Positions 12,403-22,028 of a stretch of 64,000 nt of DNA are shown here, piece by piece. Position 1 is the first letter of the stretch; each line of letters starts with the position of its first letter. A program made the translations under genes and the position numbers. The DNA comes from a virus. The notes under the pieces were generated by a model. It was not told where the DNA came from. It saw only the letters and a program-made list of their open reading frames with translations, and made no database searches. The stretch is from IMG/VR virus record IMGVR_UViG_3300046010_015054, positions 106,106 through 170,105 of that record; one strand, 5' to 3'.

Positions 12403-13622
12403 TATCCTATATAAATTGTCATTGGAACATTATTTAATTCTGATTTAGCGAATTCTGCTTCATCTTTTCTTCTTTCAAGACGTGCTTTACGAGAAGTTTC
12501 ATCAAAATATTCTCTTAAACGAGCTATTAATTTATCTTTTTCGTCTTTAGCAGCAGCAATTAAATCACCACCATTAAGTGTTACAGCTGCTCCTGGGATA
12601 GGGATTTGGGAATATTTATTTCTTACATATCCCAACATTTCTTTAGCTTGAGCTAAAGTATATTCAAATATCCAAGAACGACCTATAGAATTTATTTGAG
12701 AATAAACTGGGTTATTGTAAGGCATGTTAGATACATTTGTAATATATCCTGAACCTGATGCTCCACTACCAGTTTGTATAGAGTCTAAATATCTTTCACT
12801 CTTAATAATATATTCAAACCAGAAATTTACTCCATCATCTGCTGGAGTAGGTACTGGGAATACTTTAAGTTTATTATTTATAAGTTCAAAGCTATAAGCT
12901 GAGAATAAAATATCGTTTCCAAGTTCTACTTCTTGGATTGCTGCTACGTTGTATGATAAAGGTGTTACAAAGAAATTTGTACCGGCTCCATAACCAGCCA
13001 CACCACCTAAACCACCAAAGAAAGAGCCCCAACCGGCACCTAAACCAATACCACCTCCGTAGTAATAGTCTGCAGATGCAGGTACACCTTGATAAAAAAC
13101 TCTTTTAATTTCAAGCTCACTACCAGAAATACCTCGATCTTCAGCCCATTGATTTAAATCATATTCTTGTACACTACCTGTTAAAATAACAGATCCGCTA
13201 TACCAAGTTACATTACCCCCGGTTCCGGCTTCAGCACCATATTGTTCTGAAACTCTAATAATATTACTATAGTTTGGGGTAATACTAGCATTTTGAAAAG
13301 TATCTGGTGCTTCTTCTAGGGTCATTCCCTCGAAGTTTACAAGATTCTCTCTAACTAAATAAGCATAAAGTTCATTACCATAAACTGTAACCGCCATTTC
13401 AAAAGCAGTCCAAAAGTTTAAATCTTGTAATTCTACGTTTTCAATAGGCCATCCTAATCTTCTAGCACAGAAGTTTGTGACACTATTTGCATCATTTTGG
13501 AATTGTACATCATTATCATAAAACCCAAAAGGGGTAGGAGAAGGATACACATTCGATTGTGAAGTGTATAAATTTAAAGATTCTGTGAAATTTGAGGAGC
13601 CACTATATATAGGGATATTCAT
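12402..13622 (-). CDS. gp13: Neck protein, T4 gp13-like
   Basis: RRLGWPIENVEL near the N-terminus; WIFEYTLAQAKEMLG..R.KY..IPIPG..VTLNG at the C-terminus. Confidence 0.75.
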   Translation of the reverse strand: MNIPIYSGSSNFTESLNLYTSQSNVYPSPTPFGFYDNDVQFQNDANSVTNFCARRLGWPIENVELQDLNFWTAFEMAVTVYGNELYAYLVRENLVNFEGMTLEEAPDTFQNASITPNYSNIIRVSEQYGAEAGTGGNVTWYSGSVILTGSVQEYDLNQWAEDRGISGSELEIKRVFYQGVPASADYYYGGGIGLGAGWGSFFGGLGGVAGYGAGTNFFVTPLSYNVAAIQEVELGNDILFSAYSFELINNKLKVFPVPTPADDGVNFWFEYIIKSERYLDSIQTGSGASGSGYITNVSNMPYNNPVYSQINSIGRSWIFEYTLAQAKEMLGYVRNKYSQIPIPGAAVTLNGGDLIAAAKDEKDKLIARLREYFDETSRKARLERRKDEAEFAKSELNNVPMTIYIG

Positions 13623-13636
13623 TCTGCCTTTTTGTT

Positions 13637-13644
13637 ATAAATAT
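13637..13644 (-). promoter_or_regulatory. ATATTTAT putative late promoter
   Basis: Upstream of the neck genes. Confidence 0.65.
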
Positions 13645-13664
13645 CAAAAAGACAATAAATCAAA

Positions 13665-14387
13665 CTATTTTCTTGAAGTTCCTGATGTACCTAATTGTAC
13701 ACCTATTTCTTTAGCCTCTTCATAGTAATTAATTAAATCCCCAACAATAGGATCTCTATGGTTTTGCTTTAAAGTAATAGCCTCTAAATTTTTAATTTTT
13801 CTAGCTCCTTTATATAAGAATCTAAACCCAGAATCTTTTTTGTTTTTAAGGTCTACTTGAATATCGTCACCACAGATAATCATTTTAGATCGTAAACCTA
13901 TACGGGTTACAATCATTTCCATTTGCTCGTGGGTAACGTTTTGAGCTTCGTCTACAATAACAACACTATCAAGAAAAGTCCTACCGCGCATAAAAGATAA
14001 GGGTACAATTTCAAGAGATCCATCTTCGATAAGTTTTTCGACTTTGGTTTTATCATATAAGGCATACATGTTTTGGTAAATTGGTTGAATCCAGGGATCC
14101 ATCTTTTCTCTTAGATCTCCTGGTAGAAAACCTATTTCTTCTTTTGAAACTGTTGGACGTGTAATGATAATTTTATCTACCTCTCTCATAAATAATTTTT
14201 CGAGGGCAATTTGACACGCTAACAATGTTTTACCTGAACCGGCTGCTCCAGCTAATAATGTAACTGTACTTTGAAGTATTTTTGCTTTAGCTTCTTTTTG
14301 TTCTTGGTTTAATTCTATTTTAAATTTTATTGGGTTTTTTGGTTTACGTTTTTCTTTGAAAATATCTTCGTTAGATGTTGTATCCAT
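13665..14387 (-). CDS. phoH: PhoH-family ATPase
   Basis: GAAGSGKT Walker A, IIITRP, GFLPGDL.EK, FMRGRTF, DEAQN, GD..Q.D. Confidence 0.95.
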   Translation of the reverse strand: MDTTSNEDIFKEKRKPKNPIKFKIELNQEQKEAKAKILQSTVTLLAGAAGSGKTLLACQIALEKLFMREVDKIIITRPTVSKEEIGFLPGDLREKMDPWIQPIYQNMYALYDKTKVEKLIEDGSLEIVPLSFMRGRTFLDSVVIVDEAQNVTHEQMEMIVTRIGLRSKMIICGDDIQVDLKNKKDSGFRFLYKGARKIKNLEAITLKQNHRDPIVGDLINYYEEAKEIGVQLGTSGTSRK

Positions 14388-15105
14388 TTTTAAAATTTAT
14401 TTTTACTAGCTTATCTAAACCAGCATTTACGTGCATTGTATCTTCTAAAACTAATTCAAAGTCAAAACGTTCATCCAAAGGTAGAACTAAATCAACTTGA
14501 GACCCCCATCTAATTAATGAGAATCTTTCATTTTGGGCAAACACATCATATTGTTTGTTTGTAAAAGGAGCTATAACATTTACATCCTCATCTGCGATTT
14601 GTACTAAATGATATGAATAATCTAAAGATGGAACATAAATTTTGTTGTACATTCTTTCATTAAACTTTAAATAATCCATATTATTAGGATTAATTGCAGC
14701 ATTAAGAATGTCTTTTTCAACCGCTAACATGGGTTTATTTGTGCTTTCAATTGGGTCTAACGGCTTATACGTTAATACTCCCCCATATGGTATGCGATTA
14801 ATGTGAACGTCGTAGAACGACATAAAAATGCCTATAACTAAACTAGGTACGTTATAATCTTTATCACCTATAACATCCTGAAGTGTGTAGTTCATACCTT
14901 TAATTTCAACTACAGGCTCTGATGGGTCTGTAATAAATTTTTGGTAAAGAATTGTACCATCAGCAGGACTATAAAAATGTTCAAAATCTATATAGTTAGG
15001 ACGTAACGGGTCTCTAAAGAAGAATACATTTGATAATTCTCCGATAGGTAGTTTAGATAGTTCTTCTACTTCACCATCTAACCAATCTTCTAAATATTGG
15101 GCCAT
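14371..15105 (-). CDS. psd: Phosphatidylserine decarboxylase-like pyruvoyl enzyme (no obvious membrane anchor)
   Basis: FFFRDP, SPADG, IFMS.YDVH.NR.P, NER, QIA, and the self-cleavage motif WGSQVDL. Confidence 0.8.
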   Translation of the reverse strand: MAQYLEDWLDGEVEELSKLPIGELSNVFFFRDPLRPNYIDFEHFYSPADGTILYQKFITDPSEPVVEIKGMNYTLQDVIGDKDYNVPSLVIGIFMSFYDVHINRIPYGGVLTYKPLDPIESTNKPMLAVEKDILNAAINPNNMDYLKFNERMYNKIYVPSLDYSYHLVQIADEDVNVIAPFTNKQYDVFAQNERFSLIRWGSQVDLVLPLDERFDFELVLEDTMHVNAGLDKLVKINFKNGYNI

Positions 15106-16019
15106 TAAACTAAACTTTTAGTGTAATCTACGTAGTTAAGGTGCATTACCATACATGAAAGAAGAGCACCTGATTTCATATATTCTGAGATATTGAATAT
15201 AATAGGCTCCATTCCCTCGTTAGCACAAATTTTTTCTAGTGATTCAATCTTATGTTTTTCACCATCATACAATTCGTCTGTACGCTTTAATTCAGAAATG
15301 TTAGATGCTGCGAGAACCATATTTCCTAATCTTACAGCGTTTGTAATACCACCATATGCGTCATCAATATCAATATCAATGACCTCAGTTACAGATTCCA
15401 TAGCTTTAATTTCTTTAGGAGTAAAGAGTTCAGTACAAACTAAAGTTTTATCTTTAGATAATGGGAAAATAGAACAATCTAAGTGATATAGATATTCATC
15501 TACCATTTTAACGGGGATAATGTTCATATTAAATTGTTCAGCCATCCACTCATATGTTTTGATATCTGAACGAATTCCGTAACCACCAATGTAGATATTA
15601 TCGTGTAAGTATTTTAAATCTGCCTCGCCTTCCCATTTATGAGGACACATGTGAGTATTGTAACCCATTAAATCAAAAAATGGTTTACCTACTTTCTCTT
15701 CACCTTGTCTTGGTTCTGAGGTAAAGTTAGATAAGACTATATTGTTTGAATCTTTAATGTGGGGTAAATAAATGCCTAAATTAGCTACATATACTTGATC
15801 CTGGAAGTTACCAGCGCTTGGTAAAAGATAGGTTAAAGAAGCACCGGACATAAAATTATACAAGTCTAAAAATTGCTTGTAAGCTTTACCTCTATTGATT
15901 TTTAAATCTTCAGCTTCTAGTTCTTGCATCCAAACATTGTTTGGATTCGAGGTATCGAGCGTAAACGGGAAATTCATTACATAACTTGGTACCTGCAATT
16001 GCGAGGGAGTTTCTTTCAT
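15105..16019 (-). CDS. Pentein-superfamily amidinotransferase / arginine deiminase / DDAH-like enzyme
   Basis: DQVYVAN, R.GE, WEGEAD, YHLDC and C-terminal GALLSCM with the catalytic Cys. Confidence 0.85.
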   Translation of the reverse strand: MKETPSQLQVPSYVMNFPFTLDTSNPNNVWMQELEAEDLKINRGKAYKQFLDLYNFMSGASLTYLLPSAGNFQDQVYVANLGIYLPHIKDSNNIVLSNFTSEPRQGEEKVGKPFFDLMGYNTHMCPHKWEGEADLKYLHDNIYIGGYGIRSDIKTYEWMAEQFNMNIIPVKMVDEYLYHLDCSIFPLSKDKTLVCTELFTPKEIKAMESVTEVIDIDIDDAYGGITNAVRLGNMVLAASNISELKRTDELYDGEKHKIESLEKICANEGMEPIIFNISEYMKSGALLSCMVMHLNYVDYTKSLV

Positions 16020-16055
16020 TATAATACTTTTAAGTTATACTTACTTAGTTCCCCT

Positions 16056-16063
16056 ATAAATAT
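16056..16063 (-). promoter_or_regulatory. ATATTTAT putative late promoter
   Basis: Between a terminator and the amidinotransferase start. Confidence 0.65.
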
Positions 16064-16083
16064 AGTAAGGGTACTTAGAGTAG

Positions 16084-16108
16084 AAAAAGGCCTAGAAAAT
16101 TCTAGGCC
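16084..16108 (-). terminator. Rho-independent terminator
   Basis: GGCCTAGA-N4-TCTAGGCC hairpin followed by TTTTT on the minus strand. Confidence 0.7.
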
Positions 16109-16130
16109 CTTCTTTACAAATATTAAATTT

Positions 16131-16946
16131 TTATCCTATTCTACCAACAGTTAATATAACTGAAGGAACAGCAGGTCCTAAAGTAGGGGTTCCATTATAT
16201 AGAACAACAGCATTATTATCAGTGCCTGCCATTCTTAATTCATAATAATCTCCTGCTGAAGCTGAGAGATAAAAATTCCATGCAGCTACAGAGGAATCAT
16301 TAGATCCACCTCCTAAAGTAACTCCTGTATTACTATCATCAACATTATTTCCATTTTTTGCTAACCAAATATAAACTGTATTATTACTATTATTAGTTTT
16401 ACTTAATTGAGCTGAAAATTGAAGATCATAGATTCCAGTATTAGCTATTTTAATTTGGGTTTTATCTGAGCCACTAATACTAATACCACTAGCAAAGTCT
16501 GTGGTACTATAAGACATTGAATAAACTGTATTAGTTACTGATAAAGATATAGATGCTGTATGATACGCTGATAGATAATAATTAGTAACCCCACTACCAC
16601 CTGAAGTTCCACTAGAACCTGATGTTCCTGAAGAACCTGAAGAACCAGATGTTCCACTTCCTGAAGTTCCACTAGTACCACTTGAACCGGACGTCCCTGA
16701 AATACCCGATGTTCCTGAAGTACCATTTATACCTGATGTACCTGAAGTGCCTGCAACTCCTGAAGTACCCGAAGAACCAGAAGTACCACTACCTGATGTA
16801 CCTGAGGTTCCACTAGTACCTGATGTTCCGGAAAGAAATTGTGAATATTCTACTTGTTTTGTGACACTATCTTGAACTACAACAAATAATTCATCTCCTA
16901 CTAAAGGACCAGCTACAGGTAATTGAGATATAGGTAAATTAGGCAT
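16131..16946 (-). CDS. Short GTS-repeat virion protein with a C1q/BclA-CTD-like beta domain (head fibre/decoration candidate)
   Basis: N-terminal PISQLP motif, ~25 G-X-Y triplets, C-terminal ...IKIANTGIYDLQFSAQL...AGDYYELR. Lies two genes downstream of the MCP. Confidence 0.6.
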   Translation of the reverse strand: MPNLPISQLPVAGPLVGDELFVVVQDSVTKQVEYSQFLSGTSGTSGTSGTSGSGTSGSSGTSGVAGTSGTSGINGTSGTSGISGTSGSSGTSGTSGSGTSGSSGSSGTSGSSGTSGGSGVTNYYLSAYHTASISLSVTNTVYSMSYSTTDFASGISISGSDKTQIKIANTGIYDLQFSAQLSKTNNSNNTVYIWLAKNGNNVDDSNTGVTLGGGSNDSSVAAWNFYLSASAGDYYELRMAGTDNNAVVLYNGTPTLGPAVPSVILTVGRIG

Positions 16947-16948
16947 AA

Positions 16949-17194
16949 TTAAGTTATTATTATTTTGGAATTATCTTCTTGTAAAATATAAAATAAATTT
17001 TCTTGAAGCAAGAAATTTTCATCTTCGGTTAAATCAACATCTCCTTTATTTTGATACGTAATCCAATTTTGTCGAGCAATAGTTAATTCATATAAATATT
17101 GATTATAATATTTTACCTGTTCATTTAAAGGTAATTTTTTTATATGTTCAAATTGAACAAATTGTGGCCATAATATTTCTTCAAAAATATTCAT
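16949..17194 (-). CDS. Hypothetical virion-associated protein; start re-assigned to MNIFEE
   Basis: The track's upstream extension overlaps the MCP terminator and an ATATTTAT motif. C-terminal LLQE..ILQE repeat. Confidence 0.55.
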   Translation of the reverse strand: MNIFEEILWPQFVQFEHIKKLPLNEQVKYYNQYLYELTIARQNWITYQNKGDVDLTEDENFLLQENLFYILQEDNSKIIIT

Positions 17195-17217
17195 ATAATA
17201 TAAATATTGTAAAATGA

Positions 17218-17245
17218 AATAAGAAAGCCCCGCTTTCGCGGGGCT
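17218..17245 (-). terminator. Rho-independent terminator after the major capsid gene
   Basis: AGCCCCGC-GAAA-GCGGGGCT hairpin followed by a T-rich tract. Confidence 0.8.
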
Positions 17246-17268
17246 CTCCATTTCTATTCTAGGTTAGA

Positions 17269-19008
17269 TTAGAAGCTGGTTAAACCAGAAACGTAGATCT
17301 TACCATAGAATTCAGGACGTAACATCTTCTTAGCGTAGCGAGTCAAGAGACCTTTTCTTGGAGTGAAGGTTTCTGGATCGTAGATAAGAGGAGTCATGAT
17401 TAATGGAATGTAAGGAGCGAATACAGCACCAGCTTCCAAGAATTGAGTACCACGGAAGCCCATAAGAATTGTGTTTTCATTCATGTATGGGTTCTTGTAT
17501 ACAGTGTATCTGTTGTTGATAGCACCTGCTTTCTGTACACCAAAGGCGTAAGTCATTTTAGATACATCACCGTCAGAATTTGAAGCATATCCAGGGATAG
17601 ATTCAAGAACTGTAGCTACAGTTGGAGAACATACTAAGAAGTTTGCACCACCACGAAGAGTTAACTGGTGAATCTTGTTAGATAACTTCTGCATCTTAGT
17701 ACCAAGGGTTTGGAACCACTGGCCTTGAGTGTTGTAGTAACCACCGTTAGTAGCAGTTAACTGGCTAAAGTTATTAGTACCTGGATTGTAGAATTCGTTA
17801 GAAACTGCTGACCAGTACTCTGTACCTGCACCTGCGTCTTCAATTAACATGTCAAGGATTTCAAGGTCGATTTCAAGAGAAATGTACTCGCTCATGATGT
17901 TAGTTAATTCAGCTTCGGCGTCAAGAGCTTGGTAAGCATTAAGGTCTTGTGCGAATTCTGGAGTCCATACTGCTTTTAACTTCTTGGTCTTAGCAACAAT
18001 TGCTTGTGACTGCATCTGGATGTTGATCTGTGGGATCGCGATTTGAGTTGCGTCAAGAGAGTTAGGAATGGCGTATGTGTTATCAGCTTCAAAGTCACCG
18101 ATTTGGTATGGAGACATTGTAGTTGCCTTCTGGTAGAATACTTGGAAATTACCAGTAAGAGTACCAGCATTTAAAGCATTAACTGCAAGGTTTGCTAAAG
18201 CAGCTGAAGTTGTGAAGTAGAAACTAATAGTGTTAGCAGTGTAGTTGTAAGTAGTAAATGCTGGTAATAAGTTATCAGCAGTAAACGAACCTGAAACAGG
18301 AACGAAACCTCTTACGGCATCTGGATCAAAGTTAGGAAGCTCTGTAGTAGCAGTAGCAACAGTTACTTTTAAGATTTGATTAGCAGCTGCTGAAGCTGAT
18401 AATTCAGAATCAAAGTTTAACTGAGACCATAAAGAAGCAGAGGCCATAGATAATGAACCTGTACCTACTGATTCAGAGAACTGGTTGGTTGAGTAAGTAA
18501 ACTTACCAGCACCATAAAGACCACCAGTGTTGTTTTCAGCTAAGTTGCTAACACCAGTAGAGAATGGATATTGTGCAGATCCAGTGTTTCCGTAAAGTGA
18601 CTCACCAGCAGTAAATGGAGTTTTAGTATTACCATACTGGAAATCAAGGAAGAACACAAGGCCTGAAGGAAGGTTCATTGGCTGTACAGAAACGAATTCT
18701 TTAGCAGCGATTTGACCAAATACCTTACGTACCAATGGAAGAGCTACACCAGCCCATTCAGCACCTGTACCTACTGTGAAGGCACCAGCACCGTTACCTG
18801 AACCACCACCAGGGTTAGTTGAGGTTTCTACTACAAGCTGCTTAGCTTGGTTTTCAAGGATCATTGACATGTTGTTCTTGTCAGTCTCACTACCGAGACC
18901 TTCAAGTAAACCTGTCTTCTCCCACTTTGCAGCTAATTTAGCTGCGTCAGACTGAAGGTTTTTCCAACCAGCAGCTGATGACTCTAAAAGAGATTGAAGT
19001 TGTGACAT
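17269..19008 (-). CDS. gp23: Major capsid protein, T4 gp23-like
   Basis: KWEKTGLLEG, VSVQPM..PSGLVF, AKTKKLKA.WTPE.AQDL.AY, APYIPL, F.P.KG..TRY. Confidence 0.95.
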   Translation of the reverse strand: MSQLQSLLESSAAGWKNLQSDAAKLAAKWEKTGLLEGLGSETDKNNMSMILENQAKQLVVETSTNPGGGSGNGAGAFTVGTGAEWAGVALPLVRKVFGQIAAKEFVSVQPMNLPSGLVFFLDFQYGNTKTPFTAGESLYGNTGSAQYPFSTGVSNLAENNTGGLYGAGKFTYSTNQFSESVGTGSLSMASASLWSQLNFDSELSASAAANQILKVTVATATTELPNFDPDAVRGFVPVSGSFTADNLLPAFTTYNYTANTISFYFTTSAALANLAVNALNAGTLTGNFQVFYQKATTMSPYQIGDFEADNTYAIPNSLDATQIAIPQINIQMQSQAIVAKTKKLKAVWTPEFAQDLNAYQALDAEAELTNIMSEYISLEIDLEILDMLIEDAGAGTEYWSAVSNEFYNPGTNNFSQLTATNGGYYNTQGQWFQTLGTKMQKLSNKIHQLTLRGGANFLVCSPTVATVLESIPGYASNSDGDVSKMTYAFGVQKAGAINNRYTVYKNPYMNENTILMGFRGTQFLEAGAVFAPYIPLIMTPLIYDPETFTPRKGLLTRYAKKMLRPEFYGKIYVSGLTSF

Positions 19009-19029
19009 TTTGTTTATTGTTTTTTAAAA

Positions 19030-20283
19030 TTAAGATTTAATGATACCGGCAAGTTTCTGCCATCTCATAACTTGTTCTGTTGATTCAAGTATTGGTTGCT
19101 TATTGGTTGTTGGGGCAACACCAGCTGCTTTTGAAGCTAAACCTCTGATTGATTCATTAACAGGAGCTTTCTTTTCTTTAAGCTCGGTAGATAATGTTTC
19201 AAATACAAGTTTAGTTTCTTTAACTGTTGCTGCTTTATCAAAAGCTTGCAATACTTTTATCTTTTGGTTTTCTGTAAGATTCTTTGCTCTGAAAATCTTG
19301 TTAGTGTAAAGAAGTTTAGCATTTAAGAGTTTAACTTCATTTAAAGTTGAAGTTAATTCTTTAATGTTAGATTCCATTTCTTCTAAATCTTTTTCTTCTT
19401 TTCTAACATTAGAAGTAAAATTAGCAGGGAATACATCAGTTTTGTCAATAAATTTAAACATTTCATCATCGATTAAAGGACGACCTGCCGCAGCATTATC
19501 CTTTACTCTTTTAATGAACATATTTACTTTATCCATTACATTCTCATCCATTGCTTCTTCCATCTTTTTCTTAGATTTTTCATAATCAGCGATACCTTCT
19601 TCTTCAGCGGTGTCTTTTTTAATTTTACCACGCTTTCTAGAAGGAATATCACCTTTACCTCCGCCGTACATCTCATTCATAGTTTCTTCTTCAGCATCCA
19701 CTTCAATGTCCATATCCATTTCCATGTCATCTTCAGCTTCAAAGTTTTCACCGGCTTCAATTTCACCAGCTTTAACCATATCTTCGATTACGTCTTCAAT
19801 AAGAGCTTTTAAATCTTCTTCGCTCATATCCTCTAGGTCGATTTCTTCTTCTTCGCCAGCTTCTTTACCTTTTTCGAATTCGTATTTTTCGTCGTCACCG
19901 ACATACTTTTCTTCTTGGTCTTCAGCTTCGTTAAGTTGAGATTCTTCCTCGAGTTCTGCAAGGAGTTCTTCAAGATCCATCTCTTCTTCCATATCTGCTT
20001 CTCTCATCTTTTCGGTTTCCTTTTCAGGTTTATCATCGCCTTTAAGATCTTTACGCATCACTGGATTAGACATTTTCTCTTTGAGCTCCTCTTCTTCGTT
20101 GTACATCTCTTGACCTTCATAAGCTTCATCTTCGTCAAGTTCGGCAATTTTTGCCTTTAACTTTTCCGCAAGATAGGGAGCAAATGTTTCCTCAAGAGCT
20201 GCCTTGGCATTTGCGATGGCGGCTTCTTTTACAGCTTTAGCATCGGCAATGGCCTCGTTAAGTAGTTCTCTACTATTACTCAT
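19030..20283 (-). CDS. Prohead core / scaffolding protein, gp22-like
   Basis: Very acidic coiled-coil protein between protease and MCP, with many L/I/M-x-E sites. ATG at 20283 preferred over TTG at 20292. Confidence 0.75.
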   Translation of the reverse strand: MSNSRELLNEAIADAKAVKEAAIANAKAALEETFAPYLAEKLKAKIAELDEDEAYEGQEMYNEEEELKEKMSNPVMRKDLKGDDKPEKETEKMREADMEEEMDLEELLAELEEESQLNEAEDQEEKYVGDDEKYEFEKGKEAGEEEEIDLEDMSEEDLKALIEDVIEDMVKAGEIEAGENFEAEDDMEMDMDIEVDAEEETMNEMYGGGKGDIPSRKRGKIKKDTAEEEGIADYEKSKKKMEEAMDENVMDKVNMFIKRVKDNAAAGRPLIDDEMFKFIDKTDVFPANFTSNVRKEEKDLEEMESNIKELTSTLNEVKLLNAKLLYTNKIFRAKNLTENQKIKVLQAFDKAATVKETKLVFETLSTELKEKKAPVNESIRGLASKAAGVAPTTNKQPILESTEQVMRWQKLAGIIKS

Positions 20284-20414
20284 TGTCCACAAAATTTGTT
20301 TGGGGGATACGTTTATTAAGAAACGTAATAAGGGTTATAATCACGGATGTCATATAAATTCATGACATATTACGATGATACGTATATCAAGATCTCTAAA
20401 AATCGCATCATATG

Positions 20415-20442
20415 AAAAAAATGGCCTTCCCGAAGGAAGGCC
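20415..20442 (-). terminator. Rho-independent terminator after the prohead protease
   Basis: GGCCTTCC-TTCG-GGAAGGCC (cUUCGg tetraloop) followed by ATTTTTTT. Confidence 0.8.
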
Positions 20443-20467
20443 GCCCAAGGTAGCGCCCGAGGGAGAT

Positions 20468-21076
20468 TTATAAAACGGGACAGGTCCCGTTCGCACAAAG
20501 GATTTCAGTAAGTAATGAATTAACTTTTTGATATTTGTTAAACTTTACTTCTTCAATTCCTTCTTTAACTAAGTGCATGTATGAGCCTGGGTTAGATGGT
20601 GTTGAAACAAAGTCCCAACAAATAAGATTAAAGTCATCTTGTACTTCCATCATACCACCTGACATAGGTTTTAGTGAACCCTCACCACGTGAAGAAACAC
20701 CTACTACTACACCATTTTCAATAAGAGCTTTAAGGATATTTCCTGTTGCTGTAGGTAGGATTTCAATTTTACCCATAACTTCATCCCCATCCCACCAAAC
20801 TTCTCTAATAATGTGTGATACATTTTTAAGGTTGATAATTGAAGAATCTGGGTGGTCTAATTCACCAGTTGCTCTATTTTCTTTGACTATATCTTGATAT
20901 TTGTCGATTTCTCTTTTCCAAATTTCAGGAGCATAGTATCTAGAGTTACCATTTTTAACACCAGCAGTAGCTAAAATACCCTCAACAAGAGGATTTCCAG
21001 CAGGTGTTTTAAGACCTTCAGTTAACTGAACTGGGTTAACTTTAAATAATTGGGTTTCAATTAAAACCTGTTTCAT
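20468..21076 (-). CDS. gp21: Prohead protease, T4 gp21-like
   Basis: N.N.R.Y, GELDHP, VSHII, GVSSRG.GS, WDFVSTPS. Confidence 0.92.
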   Translation of the reverse strand: MKQVLIETQLFKVNPVQLTEGLKTPAGNPLVEGILATAGVKNGNSRYYAPEIWKREIDKYQDIVKENRATGELDHPDSSIINLKNVSHIIREVWWDGDEVMGKIEILPTATGNILKALIENGVVVGVSSRGEGSLKPMSGGMMEVQDDFNLICWDFVSTPSNPGSYMHLVKEGIEEVKFNKYQKVNSLLTEILCANGTCPVL

Positions 21077-21747
21077 TTTTCTTCATTAATTTCTTTAGCG
21101 ATTTCTAAGATAGATTCTTTTAAATCACCATATCCTGAAGATTTGTATTTTCCAGTTGCTTCTTTAGGAGTGCCTAAACCAGGAGCTTCGGTTTGATATC
21201 CAATACCTTTAACACCGAATGCAGCATTTTTCATATAATAAAGACTATCTTTTGCCATGTTTTTTGCTACTATTCCTTTTAACTCGTCAACTGTCTTATC
21301 TTTATTTTTAGGATCTTTCATTTCAGCATAGTATCCTTCTAAGAAGGCTTCGCCGTAAATGTTATCAATATTTTTATAATCAGTATAATCGTATCCTGTT
21401 TCTTTATCTAAATCTTCTACTTCTTTAGAAACTTTTTTATTCTCAGCTTTAGTAGTTTGTTCATCTTTAGGTTTAGGAGCATCTACAGGATTTTCAGCTA
21501 CAGAAAATTCTTCACTTAAGAAGTTGTTAAATGTATTAAATGGGTCGATTGCAGGTTTAGATACAAGACCACCAATCATAGTAGCTTCTGTAATAATGCC
21601 TCTTTGTTTTAGGATAAGAGTAGTCTCACCAAATCCATAATGATTAGGAATTAGATTTGGGAATAATTTTTTGGCGTTTTTTAAGAACACATCTTTGTGC
21701 CCTTTGCCTTCTTTGATCAAATTATATTGATTTTGTAAACTTTTCAT
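21073..21747 (-). CDS. Hypothetical head-associated protein
   Basis: Lies in the head module; L/I-x-E sites (LIKE, ITE, LSE, LKE, INE). Confidence 0.6.
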   Translation of the reverse strand: MKSLQNQYNLIKEGKGHKDVFLKNAKKLFPNLIPNHYGFGETTLILKQRGIITEATMIGGLVSKPAIDPFNTFNNFLSEEFSVAENPVDAPKPKDEQTTKAENKKVSKEVEDLDKETGYDYTDYKNIDNIYGEAFLEGYYAEMKDPKNKDKTVDELKGIVAKNMAKDSLYYMKNAAFGVKGIGYQTEAPGLGTPKEATGKYKSSGYGDLKESILEIAKEINEEK

Positions 21748-22028
21748 TCTTCTGGCTTTAATATGTCCTTAATATCTTTCAAATAGTCTAAGACTAAGTC
21801 TGTTGGGGTAATAATGCTATAATTGGGACTTTTTTTATAATAAGCTAAAGTCTTTTTTTGAGCATCGCGTAACATAGGTTTTAATTCACTCATTTGCTTT
21901 TCAATTTCTTGAAACGCTAAAATTCTTTTTTTAATAAAGTCTTTTTTACCTTGGTCGGCATTAAGACCATTTAAATACTTATCTAAAGAATTAACACCTT
22001 CCATAATTATACATATTTGGTTCCCCAA
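21744..22028 (-). CDS. Hypothetical protein
   Basis: Tightly packed ORF in the head module; start uncertain. Confidence 0.5.
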   Translation of the reverse strand: MGNQICIIMEGVNSLDKYLNGLNADQGKKDFIKKRILAFQEIEKQMSELKPMLRDAQKKTLAYYKKSPNYSIITPTDLVLDYLKDIKDILKPEE

